Positions 23,666 through 36,454 of a DNA stretch of 64,000 bases are shown one piece after another. Source of the DNA: Scenedesmus sp. PABB004 (lineage: Eukaryota). The translations under genes and the position numbers were made by a program. The notes under the pieces were generated by a model. The model saw only the letters and a program-made list of their open reading frames with translations, ran no database searches and was not told the origin of the DNA. The stretch spans positions 62,001 through 126,000 of the forward strand of contig JABVCE010000042.1 in assembly GCA_014905635.1 (NCBI GenBank), written 5' to 3'. Position 1 is the stretch's first letter, and each line of letters opens with the position of its first letter.

Positions 23666-25061
23666 ATGGCGGCCCCGGCCGCCTTCGAGAGCGGGCACGT
23701 GGACATGGTCCACGACGCCCAGCTCGACTACTACGGCAAACGCCTCGCCACCTGCTCCAGCGATCGCACCGTGAAGGTGTTCGACCTCGCCGGCGACCAG
23801 CGCAGCCTGCTCGCCGACCTGCGGGGCCACGAGGGGCCCGTGTGGCAGGTGGCCTGGGCGCACCCGCGTTACGGGTGCCTCCTGGCGTCCGCGTCGTTCG
23901 ACCACGCCGTGATCCTGTGGAAGGAGGGCCCGGACGGGCAGTGGGGCCAGGTGCGGGCCCCCGCGAGGGCCGGGGGCGGCGGAACGGGGCCCCGCCACGC
24001 GAGGGCGCGAGCCCAGCCACTGCGGCCGTGCGCCGGCGGCGCGCGCGCAGGTGTACAAGACGCCGCCGTCGCTGCACGCGGCGTCGATCAACAGCATAGC
24101 CTTCGCGCCGCACGAGCTGGGCCTCATCCTCGCGGCCGCCTCGTCGGACGGCAGCGTGTCCATCATCGAGCACAAGCCGGACGGCAGCTGGGAGAGCAGC
24201 AAGGCGCGGCGCGCGCCGCCGCGGCGGTTGGCGGCGCGGCGCGCGGTGCTGCAGCGCGCGGGCTGCGCCGCCGGCGCCGACCCGCTCCCGCCGCGCTCGC
24301 CCGCCGGCCCCGCAGATCAGCAACGCGCACGCGATCGGCGTGACGGCCGTGTCGTGGGCGCCGGCCGTGCCAGCGGGCGGGCTGGTGTCGTCGCAGCCGC
24401 CGGCGGCGCCGGCCAAGCGGCTGTGCACGGCGGGCTGCGACAACACAGTCAAGGTGGGCATGCAGCTGGCGCGGTGTGCAGCCGGCGCCGGCCACGACCG
24501 CTGGGAACTAGCAGCGCCGCGCCCCCGTGCCCCTGGGTGCCCCCCCCCCCACACACACACACGCACGCCACTCGCGCCGCACGCCACTCGCGCCGCACGC
24601 CAGGTGTGGAAGTTCAGCGAAGCGGGCTGGGTGCTCGAGGCGACGCTGGCGGGGCACAGCGACTGGGTGCGCGACGCCGCGTGGGCGCCCAACCTGGGGC
24701 TTCCCCTCAACACCATCGCCAGCGCGGGCCAGGACGGCCAGGTGCGCGGCGGGGGGCGCGCCGCTGCGCGCCGGCCGCGCAGCGGTGCCCGCAGCCGCGC
24801 CGCTGGCGGCGCCGGCGCCCGCCCACGCGCCCACGCGCCCACGCGCCGCGCCCGCGCCCGCCGGCGCGCCCCCAGGTCATCGCGTGGACGGAGGGCGCCG
24901 ACGGCAGCTGGTCGCGGCGGCTCGTGCACGACTTTGGCACACCCGCGTGGCGCGTGAGCTGGAGCGTCGCCGGCAACATCCTCGCGGTGTCGGACGCGAA
25001 CAACGCGGTCTCGCTCTGGAAGGAAGCGCTCGACGGCGCGTGGCAGCAGATCGTGGCGTGA
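23666..25061 (+). CDS. SEC13: COPII / nuclear pore WD40 protein SEC13 (5 exons)
   Basis: [81 protein letters not shown]. Confidence 0.97.
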
Positions 25062-25584
25062 GGCGGTGGCGGCGCGCGTAACGCCGAGCGTATGGTCAGA
25101 GGGCGGCTCGGGCGGCGTCGCAGAGGGGCCGCGCGACCGCTGCGGGTGCGGTTTGTGGCAGCGGCGCAGCGCGGCGCTGGCCGCCGCCCGTAGCCGCAGC
25201 CGGCGCGCTGCTGGCAGCCACTCTCTCGCACGCAGCCTAGCACCGGGCGTCGGCCCGCGCCATCCACGCAGCACCAGGCAGCGAGCGCGAGCCTGCCCGC
25301 CACACAGCTTCCCGCAGGCCGGCGCTGCCGCCCTCGCACGGTTTGGGTTGTGATCGCAAGCTCTAATTGGAGCGCTGGGCGCGCGGCGCCGGCGGCAGCA
25401 CCGCGAAAGCATCGGCGCGTGGTGCGCGCGCTGCCCGGCCCGCCCCACGCCGGGAGCGGCTCCCGCGGCCCGGCCCGCGCGGCAGGAAGAAGCAGCAGGT
25501 CCCGGGGCTGCTCAGGGCGGGGTCGCCAGCCCGCTCACGCGCCGCCGCCCCCGCCGCTGCTGCAGCGCCAGGCTGCGCGCAGCG

Positions 25585-28538
25585 ATGAGCGAGCCCAGCG
25601 CGGCGCCGGCGCCGGCGCAGCCGCTGTCCGTGGCGGACGCGCTGCCGCTCATGCAGGCGGCCGTGCGGCGTGGCGAGCTGCAGGAGGTGCGCGTCGCGGG
25701 GGGCGCGGCGTGCGCGCCGCGTTTGGTGGCCGGCGCGCGCGCCCGCGCCCACGCGCCCGCCGCGCACCGCTGCGCCGCAGGCGGCGGCCGTGGGCGCGCG
25801 CGCGGTGGTGCCGCTGTCGGTGCGGCTGGAGGACCTGTCGCTGCTCGGCGAGCTCGCGTCGGGCGCGGAGGCGACCGTGCTCGCGGGCCAGCTCGGCGGC
25901 GCGGACGTCGCTGTCAAGCGCTTCACGCTGCGCCACAGCGACGACCTGCTCCGCTTCCGCCGCGAGCTGTCCATCCTCGCGTCGCTTGCAGGACACCCGC
26001 GCGTCGTGCCGCTGCTCGGCGCGCGCGCGCTGCCGCCCGACTACCTCATCGTGATGCCCCTCGCGCCCTCCAGCCTCCACGCGCGCCTCTACGCCCTCGG
26101 CTGGCGCCCGGGCGCCGTCGAACTGCTCGCGCTGGGCGTCGCCGCGGCGGAGGGCCTCGCCGCGGTGCACGGCGCGGGGTACGTGCACCGCGACGTCAAG
26201 CCGAGCAACCTGCTGGTCAACGGCGACGGCGGCCTCTGGCTCGCCGACTTTGGCCTCGCCGCGGCCGCGGACGAGGTGGTCGCTGAGTCGACGCTCAGCG
26301 CGCGCATGGTCCGCGCGCGCGGCAAGCCGACAGGTGAGCAGCAGCGACGGCGCCGCGCACCGCTGCGCTGGGGGGCGAGCCGCCGCGGCGCGCCGCGCGC
26401 GCGCGCACGCACGCCGCCGCACACGCACGTCGCACCCTGGCCGCGCGCGCGCGCGCACACACGCAGGCGGGTTCATGCGGCGCGCGATGGCGGGCACGCT
26501 CGAGTATATGAGCCCGGAGGTGCTGCTCAAGCGCCCCGCGAGCGCCGCGAGCGACGTCTATGCCCTCGCCGTCACGCTCGCCGAGGCGTGGAGCGGGGTC
26601 TACCCCTTCTCAGACTGCACCAAGGACAACCCTGAGGTCCACACCGTGCTGGAGCACGGCTACGGGCGACAGGAGCTCGCGGCCGCGGTCGCGGCGGAGG
26701 GGCTGCGCCCGAGCCTGCCACGCGGCGGGCCGGCGGGGCTCGCCGAGCTGCTCGCGTCGGCGTGGCAGCGCGACCCCGCGGCGCGGCCGAGCGCGGCGGC
26801 GCTGCGCGACCGCCTGGCCGGGCTGCTGCAGGACGCGCTCGCCGACGCGGCGGTCCACGCACCGCGGCCGGCGCTCGCGCCGCCGGCGGCGGCGCTGCAC
26901 GCGGCGGCGGGCAAGCAGCTGGCCGCGGGGCCGGGCGACGGCGCCGGCAGCGGCGGCGGCCTGGTCGTCGTCGACTGCTGCCGCGGCGGCAGCGGCGTCG
27001 CCGGCGGCAGCAGCGCGCCGCCGTCGTGCGGGGGCTCGGACGTCTTTGACGAGGACTCGGAGACGCTCGCGAGCTCCACGCTGAGCCTGCTGGCCCCCGG
27101 CCGCGCGCGGCCGGGCGGCGCGAGCTGCGGCAGCAGCGTGCGCAGCTTCGCCGCGTGCGGCGGCGGCCGCGGCGCGCGCGCGAGCCACAGCAGCGCGAGC
27201 TCGCTCACCAGCGGCGAGCCGTGGCTGCTCGGCGGGGCCGAGGCCGGCGCCGGCCGGCCGCTGAGCGACGAGGCGGCGAGCGCGGCGGCGGCCGCCGCCG
27301 CCGCCGCGGCCGTGCCGGCGGCGGCGAGCCTGCAGGGCGTGCTGAGCCTCACCGCCGCCGCGAGCGGCGGGCCGCGCGGCGTCGAGGCGGGCGGCTTTGG
27401 CGCGCTGGGGCCGCGCGAGGCGATGGAGGACCGGCACACGATCGTGCAGGGCCTCGGCGGCGACCCGGCCATCACGCTCGCGTGCGTGTTTGACGGGCAC
27501 CGCGGCGCCGAGGCGGCCGCGTACGCCGCGGCCGCGCTGCCGCGCGCGCTGCTGCTCGCGTCGGCGCGCGCGGGCGCGGCCGGCGGCGGCGCCGCGGCGC
27601 CGGGCCCGGCGCCGTCGGCCGACGGCGGCAGCAGCGTCGCGGGCGCGCTGCGCGCGGCGTTCCTGGACACCGACGCCGCGTTCTGGCAGGAGTGGCAGGC
27701 CGAGGCGCTGTCGCACGGCGGCGCGGGCGGCGCGGGCGCGGAGCGCTGGCCCGGCGCGACCGCGCTCGCCGCGGTCGTCGCGGGCGGGGCGTTGTTCGTC
27801 GCCAACGCCGGCGACGGCCGCGCCGTGCTCGCGCGCGGCGGCGTCGCGCTGCCGCTCAGCCGGCAGCACACGGCCGACCTGCCCGACGAGCGCGCGCGCG
27901 TCGCCGCGGCGGGCGGCGCCGTCGCGCTGCGCGGCGGCAGCTGGCGCGTCGGCGCCGCGGCGCTGCAGGTCACGCGCGCGCTCGGCGATTTTGACCTCAA
28001 GGCGCCGCCGGCGGCGCAGCAGCACGCAGCGCCGTCGGCGGCGGCGGCGCAGCAGCAACACCACCAGCAGCACGCGGGCGGCGGCGCAGCGCGGCCGCGG
28101 CGCAGCCCGTACGCATGCGGCGCGCCGCCGCTGGGCATGCCCGTGACGGCCGAGCCGGAGGTCGTGAGCGTGTCGCTCACGGGCGCGGACCAGTTTGTCG
28201 TGCTCGGCAGCGACGGGCTGTGGGACGTGATCAGCGACGCCGAGGCGGTCGGGCTGGTGCGCGACACGGTCAAGGACGCGGGCCTCGCCGCGAAGCGCCT
28301 CGTCCAGGAGGCGCTCGCGCGCGGCAGCGCCGACAACGTGACCGCGGTCGTGCTCTTCCTCGCGCCCGCGGCCAGCCTCGAGGCGGTCTGGGTGCGGCGC
28401 GGCGGCGGCAGCGTGCCCTCCGCGACGCCCACGTTTTATGGCAGCAGGCGCCCGACCACCTCGGCCGCGGCCGCGGCGGCGGGCCTCGCGCCGCCGCCGG
28501 CCAGCGCCGCGCCGGACGAGCTGATGGACTCGTATTGA
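25585..28538 (+). CDS. Protein kinase and PP2C-like phosphatase domain-containing protein (3 exons)
   Basis: Kinase motifs VAVK, HRDVKPSN, DFG, GTLEYMSPE; PP2C motifs MEDRH, VFDGH, ANAGD, VTRALGD, GSDGLWD, DNVT. Confidence 0.93.
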
Positions 28539-28956
28539 GATGGTGCCGGCCGGTGCGCGCGCGGTGACCACGCCGCCACGCGAGGAGCGAGGGGCGAGCG
28601 AGGAGGAGCGAAAATGCGGCGCGGCGGCGGGGCATCCCCGCGCCCGCGCGCGCGAGCGTCGAGCGACAACCAATCACGGGGGGCGACCGGATTGTTTGCG
28701 CGACTAGCAGCGGCGGCGGCGGCAGCGGCGGCGCCGATTGGCGTCGCCGCGCGCCGCCCCCACGCGCGGCCCGGCCAATTGCCGGGGCCGCCGCGTGCAC
28801 GGGCGGAGAGCGGCGCGCGGCGCCTGCGCGAATGCGCGTCGTCGCGGCGGCTCGGCACGGGGAGCAATAAACGGGCCCGGGCGGGGCCAGCTGTATCTCT
28901 TGCGGGGGCGCGCCTTGCGTGACGATTGCAAACTCACTCGAGCCCGCCGCGCTCGC

Positions 28957-30516
28957 TCAGCTCTCCTCCTCCTGCTCGTGCTGCTCCTCCTCCTCGCTGT
29001 CCGAGGGTGGCAGCATCGAGTTGTCCAGGTAGCCGGCGTCGCCCTTCTGCCGCCGCGAGCCGCTGCCGGGCGGCTGCCGCAGCGGCGCGCCGCCGCCGGC
29101 TCTGCTGCTGCTGCCCCCGCCGCCGCCGTCGGCGCCGCCCGCGAGCGACAGCTGCGCCAGCGCCTCCTGCGCCGCCGCCCCGCTGCTGCCCGCTTGCTGC
29201 TGCCCCGCCCCGCACTCGGCGCCGCCGCTGCCCGGCGCCGCTGCGCCGCGCCGCGAGCGCCCCGCCTCGCCGCCCTCCTCCTCCTCCTCCTCCTCCTCCT
29301 CCTCCGACGGCTCGCCGCTGCTGCCGCCCTCGCCCTCGCCCTCGTCGCTGCTGCTGCTCGGCCACTCCGGCCCGCCGCCCGTGGCCGCCTCCAGCCACGC
29401 GTTCTGCGCCGCAATCACCTCGGCCGCGGTGCCGCACCCCGCGTACGCCTCCAGCAGCTCCGCGTTGGTGCTGAAAAAGGAGTGGCCCCTGGCGGCGCGC
29501 GGGCGCGGCCGCGCGGCGGCGCCCGCCGTCGGCCGCGCGGCCGCACGCCGCGCGGCGGCGCCCCGCCCCGCGGCCGCCGCGCCGCACCACTTGAAGCGGC
29601 TCATGATGCCCCGCGCCTCGTCCTGCAGGCCGCAGATGAACAGCGCCGCCGCGAGCGCCTCGGCGCACGAGAGCTTGCACGGCCGGCCTGCGCGCGCATG
29701 CGCAGGCTCGCCGGGGTGGGCCCGCTGGGCCTGCTGCCGCGCCCGCGCCCGCGCGCCGCGACACACAGCCGCCGGTTGCTGGCGCTGCCGGCCGCTGCCG
29801 GTCACCGCCTGCGCCGCCGCGCGCACCGTAGTTGACCGGGTTGGCCGCGACGAAGAAGGGCAGCAGGCGCGGCGCGGCGCCGCGGATGCGGCCAAACGGC
29901 ACGTCGTCGAGCCGGTTCCAGGAGCAGTCCACCACGGCGAGGCCCTTGGCGCTGATGAGCGCGGCGTCCTCGCGCGACACGCAGCTGCGTGCCGCGCCGC
30001 GGGCGCGGCGGCGGCGCGGCGTGGGCGTGAGCGGCGCCGGCCGCCGCAGCGGCGAGGGCGGCAGGCGGCCGCGGCGGCGGGGGCCGCCGCGTGCGCACCG
30101 CGTGCCGCTGGGGCTGAGGATGACGCCGGGGAAGGGCACGCCGAGGCGCAGCTCCTGCACCACGCCCTGGCGCACGAGCCGCGTGCCTGCGGCGCGGCGG
30201 GCGCGGAGCGAGAGAGCGGCCGCCGCCGCCTCAGCGAGGGCGCCACCGGCGCGTGCCCGACCGCCGCGGCGCGCGCGGGCGCACCCGTGCAGCGCTTCTT
30301 GTCGCACTGCCCCAGGTCCCACATCGCCAGCCGCAGCGCCGGCACGGGCGGCGGGCCGTCGCTGTCGCCGCCGTCGCTGCCGTCGGCGCCGGCGCCGGCG
30401 CCGCTCGGCAGGCTGTCGGCGCGCGCGTCGGCGTCCTCCTCGAAGCTGCCTCGGTGGTGGCGGCCCTTGCCGGGCTTGGCCTTGGGCCGCGCGGCCCCGG
30501 GCGCGCCGCGCGGCAT
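28957..30516 (-). CDS. TSR3: 18S rRNA aminocarboxypropyltransferase TSR3
   Basis: [74 protein letters not shown]; acidic tail. Confidence 0.96.
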   Translation of the reverse strand: MPRGAPGAARPKAKPGKGRHHRGSFEEDADARADSLPSGAGAGADGSDGGDSDGPPPVPALRLAMWDLGQCDKKRCTGAPARAAAVGHAPVAPSLRRRRPLSRSAPAAPQARGSCARAWCRSCASACPSPASSSAPAARGAHAAAPAAAAACRPRRCGGRRRSRPRRAAAAPAARHAAACRARTPRSSAPRASPWWTAPGTGSTTCRLAASAAPRRACCPSSSRPTRSTTVRAAAQAVTGSGRQRQQPAAVCRGARARARQQAQRAHPGEPAHARAGRPCKLSCAEALAAALFICGLQDEARGIMSRFKWCGAAAAGRGAAARRAAARPTAGAAARPRPRAARGHSFFSTNAELLEAYAGCGTAAEVIAAQNAWLEAATGGGPEWPSSSSDEGEGEGGSSGEPSEEEEEEEEEEGGEAGRSRRGAAAPGSGGAECGAGQQQAGSSGAAAQEALAQLSLAGGADGGGGGSSSRAGGGAPLRQPPGSGSRRQKGDAGYLDNSMLPPSDSEEEEQHEQEEES

Positions 30517-30770
30517 CGGCGGCACGCGCTGCTGTGCCGGCGCGTGGGCGGGCGGCGGCGGCGGCGGCAGCGGCGCGGCGCGGTGGCCCTGCCCAGGCGG
30601 CGGAGGACTGCGGGGAGGCGCGCGGCGCGGGGCGCTGCCCGCAAAGTGACGGGCGCAGCAGGGGCGCGCCGCGCTGGCTGCCCACTGTCCGCTGCCCGCC
30701 TCGCCGCGCCGCTCGCCTGGCCTGACCTCCCCCGCGCCGGTCACCCACGGCCCGCCCGCCAGCGCCCGCC

Positions 30771-32404
30771 ATGCAGCTCTCCGCGCGCTCCCTGCGCGCT
30801 GCCGCGGCGCGGCCGGCCGCGCGGCCGGCCCGCGCGCCCCAGGTGCGGGCGGCGCAGGGGCGCCGCCAATGGGCGCCCGCCCGGCCGCCCCGGCGCGGGG
30901 CTGCGCGGGGCGAATGGTTGCGCGCCCCGCCCGCGCGCAGGCGCCCCGCTGCGTCGCCGCGCGCGCGGCCACGGAGGAGGTGAAGCTGGCCGCCTCCAAC
31001 GGCGCCCTGGACGGCGCGGGGTCGGCTGCCAACATGCTGGACTTTGAGGAGCTCTCGGACATCGTCAGGTGCGCCCGCCGCGCGCGACGGGCGGCTCGGG
31101 GCGCGGCGCGGCGTCCGCCAGGCGGCGCCGGGGCCGGGCCGCGTCCGACGCGCCATCCAGCGCCGCGCCGCGAGCCCGGGGCGCGCCGGGCGCTGCGCCT
31201 GATCCCCCAAGCGTTACGGAACGCTGCCGCGCGCTGCGGCGCCGGATTGGGCGCGGCGGGGCCGACGTCGCGTGACGCACGGGCCCGGCAGCGCCCCGGC
31301 GCCGCCGGGCGGCCGGGCGGCGCGCCGGCGCGGCGCTGCTGCCGCCGACGCGCGGCGCCGCTGCTGCCGCGCGCGCCGCTGCCGCGCCGCAGGATGGTGA
31401 ACGAGACCGACATCGTGGAGCTGGAGCTGAAGAGCAAGCGCTTCAGCCTGTCCTTGAAAAAGAAGGCGGCGCTGCAGGAGCAGGTCGTGCAGGTGCGTTC
31501 GCAGCACGGGCGGCGCCCGCGCGCTGCCGGCGCGCACGCGGCCAGCCGCGCGGGGGCAGCGGGCGCGCGCCAGGGGGCGCGGCGGGGCCGGCGCCCGAGC
31601 GCGCTGCCGCCGCCGCCGCCGCCGCCGCCGCGCAGGTCATCCAGGCCGCGGCGCCGGTGGCCGCTGCGCCCGTGGCCGCCGCGCCGGCGGCCGCGCCCGC
31701 GCCGGCGTCGGCGGCGCCGCCGCCGGCGCCCCGCCCCGCCGCGCCCGCGGCGGTCGAGGGCGTGGAGGTGACCAGCCCGATGAGCGGCACCATGTACCGG
31801 TGCGCCCCGCGACGGCGCGCCCGCCCGCGCACACCCACCGCACCCGCACCCATTGCGCTCGCCTCGCTCGCGCCGCCGCCGCGCCGCCGCCCACGCGCCG
31901 CGTCCGCCGCGTCCGCCGCGTCCGCGGCCGCCGCAGGTGTCCCGCGCCGGGCGAGCCGCCGTTTGTGAAGGAGGGTGACCGCGTGAAGAAGGGCCAGACG
32001 GTGTGCATCATCGAGGCGATGAAGCTCATGAACGAGATCGAGGTGAGGCAGCAGCAGGCCACAGCGCGGGCACAGCGCGGGCACAGCGCGCACAGCGCAC
32101 AGACCGCAGACCACGGCGGACAGCGCGCACAGCGCACAGACCGCAGACCACAGCGCACAGCGCACAGCGCGAGCCAAGCGAGAGCTCGAGCGCGAGCCAA
32201 GCGAGAGCTCGAGCGCACAGCGCCGCCGAGCGGCGGCGCAGAGCGGGCGGCCGCTGACGCGCCGCGGTCGCCGACGCGCCGCGGTCGCCGCACCGCCGCG
32301 CCCCGCCGCGGCAGGCCGAGGTCGGTGGCGAGGTGGTCAAGGTGTGCGTGGAGAACGGGCAGTCGGTCAGCCCCGGCCAGCCCCTGCTCATCATCAAGCC
32401 CTGA
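30771..32404 (+). CDS. BCCP: Plastid acetyl-CoA carboxylase biotin carboxyl carrier protein (6 exons)
   Basis: Transit-peptide-like start, [13 protein letters not shown] linker, [35 protein letters not shown] (biotinylation motif AMKL); stop 32402-32404. Confidence 0.96.
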
Positions 32405-33509
32405 GCCACACTCCCAGGGCAGGGCAGCGCGAGCGGCGCGGGGAGCCACGGCGCCGCGCGGCGCAAGGAGCTCTGGGCGCTGGAGCTGGCGCGGGGGGCG
32501 CTCGGGGAGCTCGGGGAGCTAAGGGGAGCTCGGGGCGGGGCGGCAGCGAGGGCGTCTGGAGCTGACGCACGGGCCCGCAGCTCGCGGCGGGGTCGGGACG
32601 GGGCAGGGCGGGGGGCGCGGGCGCGGCGCTAGGCAGGGGGGCTCCAGGGGGGACGGGGCGCGGCGGCGCCCGGCGGCAGCAGAGTTTTTGGCGGCGACGC
32701 CACGCGCCGCGCGCCGCCGCCGCGCGCGCACTGCACTGTGCTTGGGGGACGCCGCCCCGGCGTGTGTGTGGACATGTGAGGACGGTGCGCGCGCTGCGCG
32801 CGCTGCTGGGCGAGCGCGGCACGGGCGCGCGCCCGTGCCTGCTCCTGCGTGGAGCGGCAACTCACTCACCGCGCGGCACACAGTCCGAGCAGGTCGCGGG
32901 GGCGGGGCGGCCAGCGCGCGCCCGCACGGCGCGCGGCGCGGCGCAGCGCTGGCCTGTCGGCGCGCCGCGCTGCGCTCTCCGGCGATCCGCCAAACTCGGA
33001 GCGGCGCCGGCTGCGCTGCGCCTGCAAAAAACTGGGGGGCTCTCACCGCGCGCGCTCGCAGCTCCGCGCCGCCAGCAGCAGGGCTCTTGGCCCAGCGCCC
33101 GTGCGCCCCGCGCGGCCGCACTCCGGTGTTCCTTTGCCAGCGCGGCCATCACCGACGCCTGCATTCGCCGAGCAGCGCACCGACCGCTCCGCACGCGGCC
33201 AGGGGTGGCAGCCCGCGAAATCGGCCGGCGCTGCTCCTGTCGCGCCGCCGTCGCAGCGAGGCGGCTGTTTGTGGGTCTCCGCGTCGCGGCCAGGGCGAGC
33301 GGGCTGCTCCCCAGGCCGCGCGCTCGTCTGCTGCCACGATGCCCGCCGCAAAGCGATGACGTGAGCTGCGGGTCCGGCTGGACAGAGGGCCTGTGGCCGC
33401 GGCCGGGCGCGCTGCTGCGCGCGCGCCGGCCGGCCGGCCGGCCGGCCCACCGCTCCTGGCGCCGCCGCTCGCACCCGGCGCCTCCGCGCGCAGGGCGGCC
33501 GCCGGCGCG

Positions 33510-34489
33510 ATGCCGCCACCGTGGCGGCGCGGCCGGCGGTGGGGCCGCCGGCGCGGCCGGCGCGCGTTCGGCGGCGCGCTCGCCGCGCTGGCCGCGCTCG
33601 CCGCGCTGTGCACGCCTTGTGCCGCGGGCGGGCGCACGGCCTACGTCGTCCCCGGCCTCGCCGCGCCGACCCCCGCCAACGACTCCTTCCCCAGCCTGAC
33701 CGCAGCGCTGCGCGCCGCGACGCCGTACGACACCTACGCGCTCACCGCGGACGCCGCGCTGCCGCGCGAGGACGGGGGCGCGCCGCCGGTCACGCTCGCC
33801 CGCAACATGACCATCACGAGCGCGCCGGGGCGCCCGGGCGCGCCGTTTGTGCTCTCGTTCGGTTTCGCGACGGGCGGCGCGCTGTTTGGCAGCGCGGCGG
33901 TGGTCGTGACCTTTGAAAACGTCGCGCTCGCGCGCGTGCGCAAGACGTCGGGCCAGGCGCTGCCCTGGTGCGCGCGCGCGCGGCGGCCGACGCGGGCGCG
34001 GCGGCAGGCGGCAGCCGGTCCGCCGGCGCCGACGCCGGCGCCGGGTCGCCCGCGCCGCCCGCGCCGCCCTGCCAGGTTCATGGGCGAGGGCGTGGTCGCG
34101 ATGCGCGACGTCGTGCGCATCCGGCTCGCGTGCGCGCGCGGCGCCAACGTGACGGCCGCCAACCTGGTCGCCAGCCCGCGCCCGCCGCGCTTCCCCGGCC
34201 GCCAGGCGGCACGCGCGCTGCCGACGTTCACGTGGCGCGGGCGCACGCACGAGGACGCACTGTATATGGCGGTGAGAGCGGGGGAGAGGCGGGCCCTGCA
34301 CGCGGCCGGCCTGCCGCGGGGCGCCGTCCTGCAAGCGCCGCGCCGTCCTGCAAGCGCCGCCCGTGCCGCGCCGCGCGGCTTGCAGGACGTCGCGATGTTT
34401 GTGGGCCCCGGGGACGTCGAGGACGGGCAGCGCTACACGGGCTATTACGTCCTTCAAACGAACACCACGCGCTTCTGTGCGCGCGCGCT

Positions 34490-34523
<34 letters not shown>

Positions 34524-36413
34524 AGCCGCCCGCGCCGGCGGCGGGGCGCGGCCGCGCGGCGTGCGCCCCGACCCACGCGCCGCGCCGCGCCGCGCCGCGC
34601 AGGCGAGCACTTTGCGCCGGCGGACTGCACCGCGTCGGAGGCGGAGTGCATCGCGCTGGCGCTCAACGCGGCGCTCGCGGCGGAGCAGGCCGGCGGCGGC
34701 GGCGGCGGCGGCGGGGGCCCGCGCGGCGCGGCGCTGGCGGTCGCGCTCGCGCTGCCCCTCGCGGCGGGCGCGGCCGCGGCGGGCGCGGGCTGGGCGCTCT
34801 GGCGGCGGCGCCGCGCGCGGCAGCGCGCTCGCAAGGCTGCCGCGCTGGACGCCGAGGCGGGGCCGGCCAAGCCCGCGCCGCCGCCGCCGCCGCCGCGCGA
34901 CGCGTCCTGGCGGCCGCGCCATGACCAGCTGCAGGAGCACGCGGCGCTGCTGGCGGCGGCCGGCGGCGGCGACGGCGGCGGCGGCGGTGGGAGCGCGAGC
35001 GCGAGCAGCAACCTCGCGCCGCAGCCGTTGCCGCACGGGCGGCCCGTCCTGTACTGGTGCGCGCGCGCCACGCCCACGCCGCACCTGTGCGCGCGCGCCG
35101 CGCACGCCGGCCTGCCGGGCGCTCCTGGCGCGGCGCCGACGCGCGCCCGCCCGCCCGCCCGCCCGCGTGCCCGCCTCTTCTGCCTCGCGCGCCGCCGCGG
35201 CCGCAGCGGCGCGGCGGGCCCGATTGAGCAGCTCGCCGCCGGCGCGGACCGCGAGCGCCGGCCGGCGCCCAGCGGCTGGCGGCTCGTGTCGTACCACAGC
35301 CACAGCGCCCCGGAGTTCCGCACCGCCACGCCCAAGGACAGGATCAGCCTGGGTGCGGCGCTGGCGGGGCAGCGCCCTCACCGCCGCCAGCACGCGGCGC
35401 CTGCCTGCCCCCACACCCCTCTCCCCCCTCCCCGCCGCCCACGTCGCGTCGCGCGCTGACCGCTCGCCCTCACACCGCGGCCGCCCGCAGGCGTGCTGCT
35501 GGGGGTCGGGTCGTTTGCGCGAGTCTACCGCGGGCGCTGGCGCGGCATGGATGTCGCCGTCAAGGTACGGCGGCCGCGGCGGCGCGCGCGCACGCGCGCT
35601 GGCCGCGCGCCTCCCACACCGCGCTCGCGCCCCGGCCGCGCCCCTCCCACCGCGCCCGCGCCCACCGCGCCGCGCCGTGCAGGTGATGCATCACGACGCG
35701 TCGACCGCGGCGGCGGTGGCCAACGAGGTGGAGCTGGTCATGACCTTCCGGTGAGGAAAGACGGGGTTTCAGGGTTCAGGGTTCAGGGTTCAGGGTTCAG
35801 GGCTGAGCTGGTGTTGGCCTCAAAGGTCAGCGGGCGAGGCGGCTGCCTGGCCGGCCCCAGGCCGACGCCGCGCCGCGCCGCGCGGTGCCCGAGCTTTCGC
35901 GCCGCGCCGCGCCGCGCGGTGCCCGAGCTTCCGCGCCGCGCCGCGTGCGCCGCCCGGCAGGCACAAGAACATCGCGGTCGCATTCCACCACGTGACGTGG
36001 TCGCACACGGACGCGGCGGAGCACGACGGCGACGCCGACGGCGCGGCGGCGCCGCCGCCGGGCGGCGGCCAGCCGCAGTCGGGGGCCAGCTCGCCGCCCG
36101 ACTCGCGTGGCGCGTCGGGCCAGGCGCTTGCGGAGCCGCAGCCGCCCCCGCCGCTGCCGCCGAAGCAGCTGCTGGCGCCGGCGAAGCAGGCAGACGTGCT
36201 GGCGGACACGTCAGCGCTGTGGCTGGGCACGGCCGTGCAGTTGGCCGACGACGGCCTCGCGAGCGGCAGCGCCGCGTCGCTCAGCAGCACCGGCTGCAGC
36301 GGCGCGCTGCTCGCGGCGGCGCTGGCGAGCGCCGCGGCGTCGGGGCCGGGCGTGGCGGTGCTGGACGCCAGCGGGCGGTACATGCCAGTGCTGCAGGTGG
36401 CCGGGCCGCCCGC

Positions 36414-36454
<41 letters not shown>

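Noticed and set aside
25585..28538. Kinase-phosphatase fusion as a novelty
   Set aside because: This kinase plus PP2C architecture is an established green-lineage family.
32058..32222. Short GCACAGC and GCGAGCCAAGCGAGAGCTCGA repeats in a BCCP intron
   Set aside because: Ordinary slippage repeats with no terminal structure.
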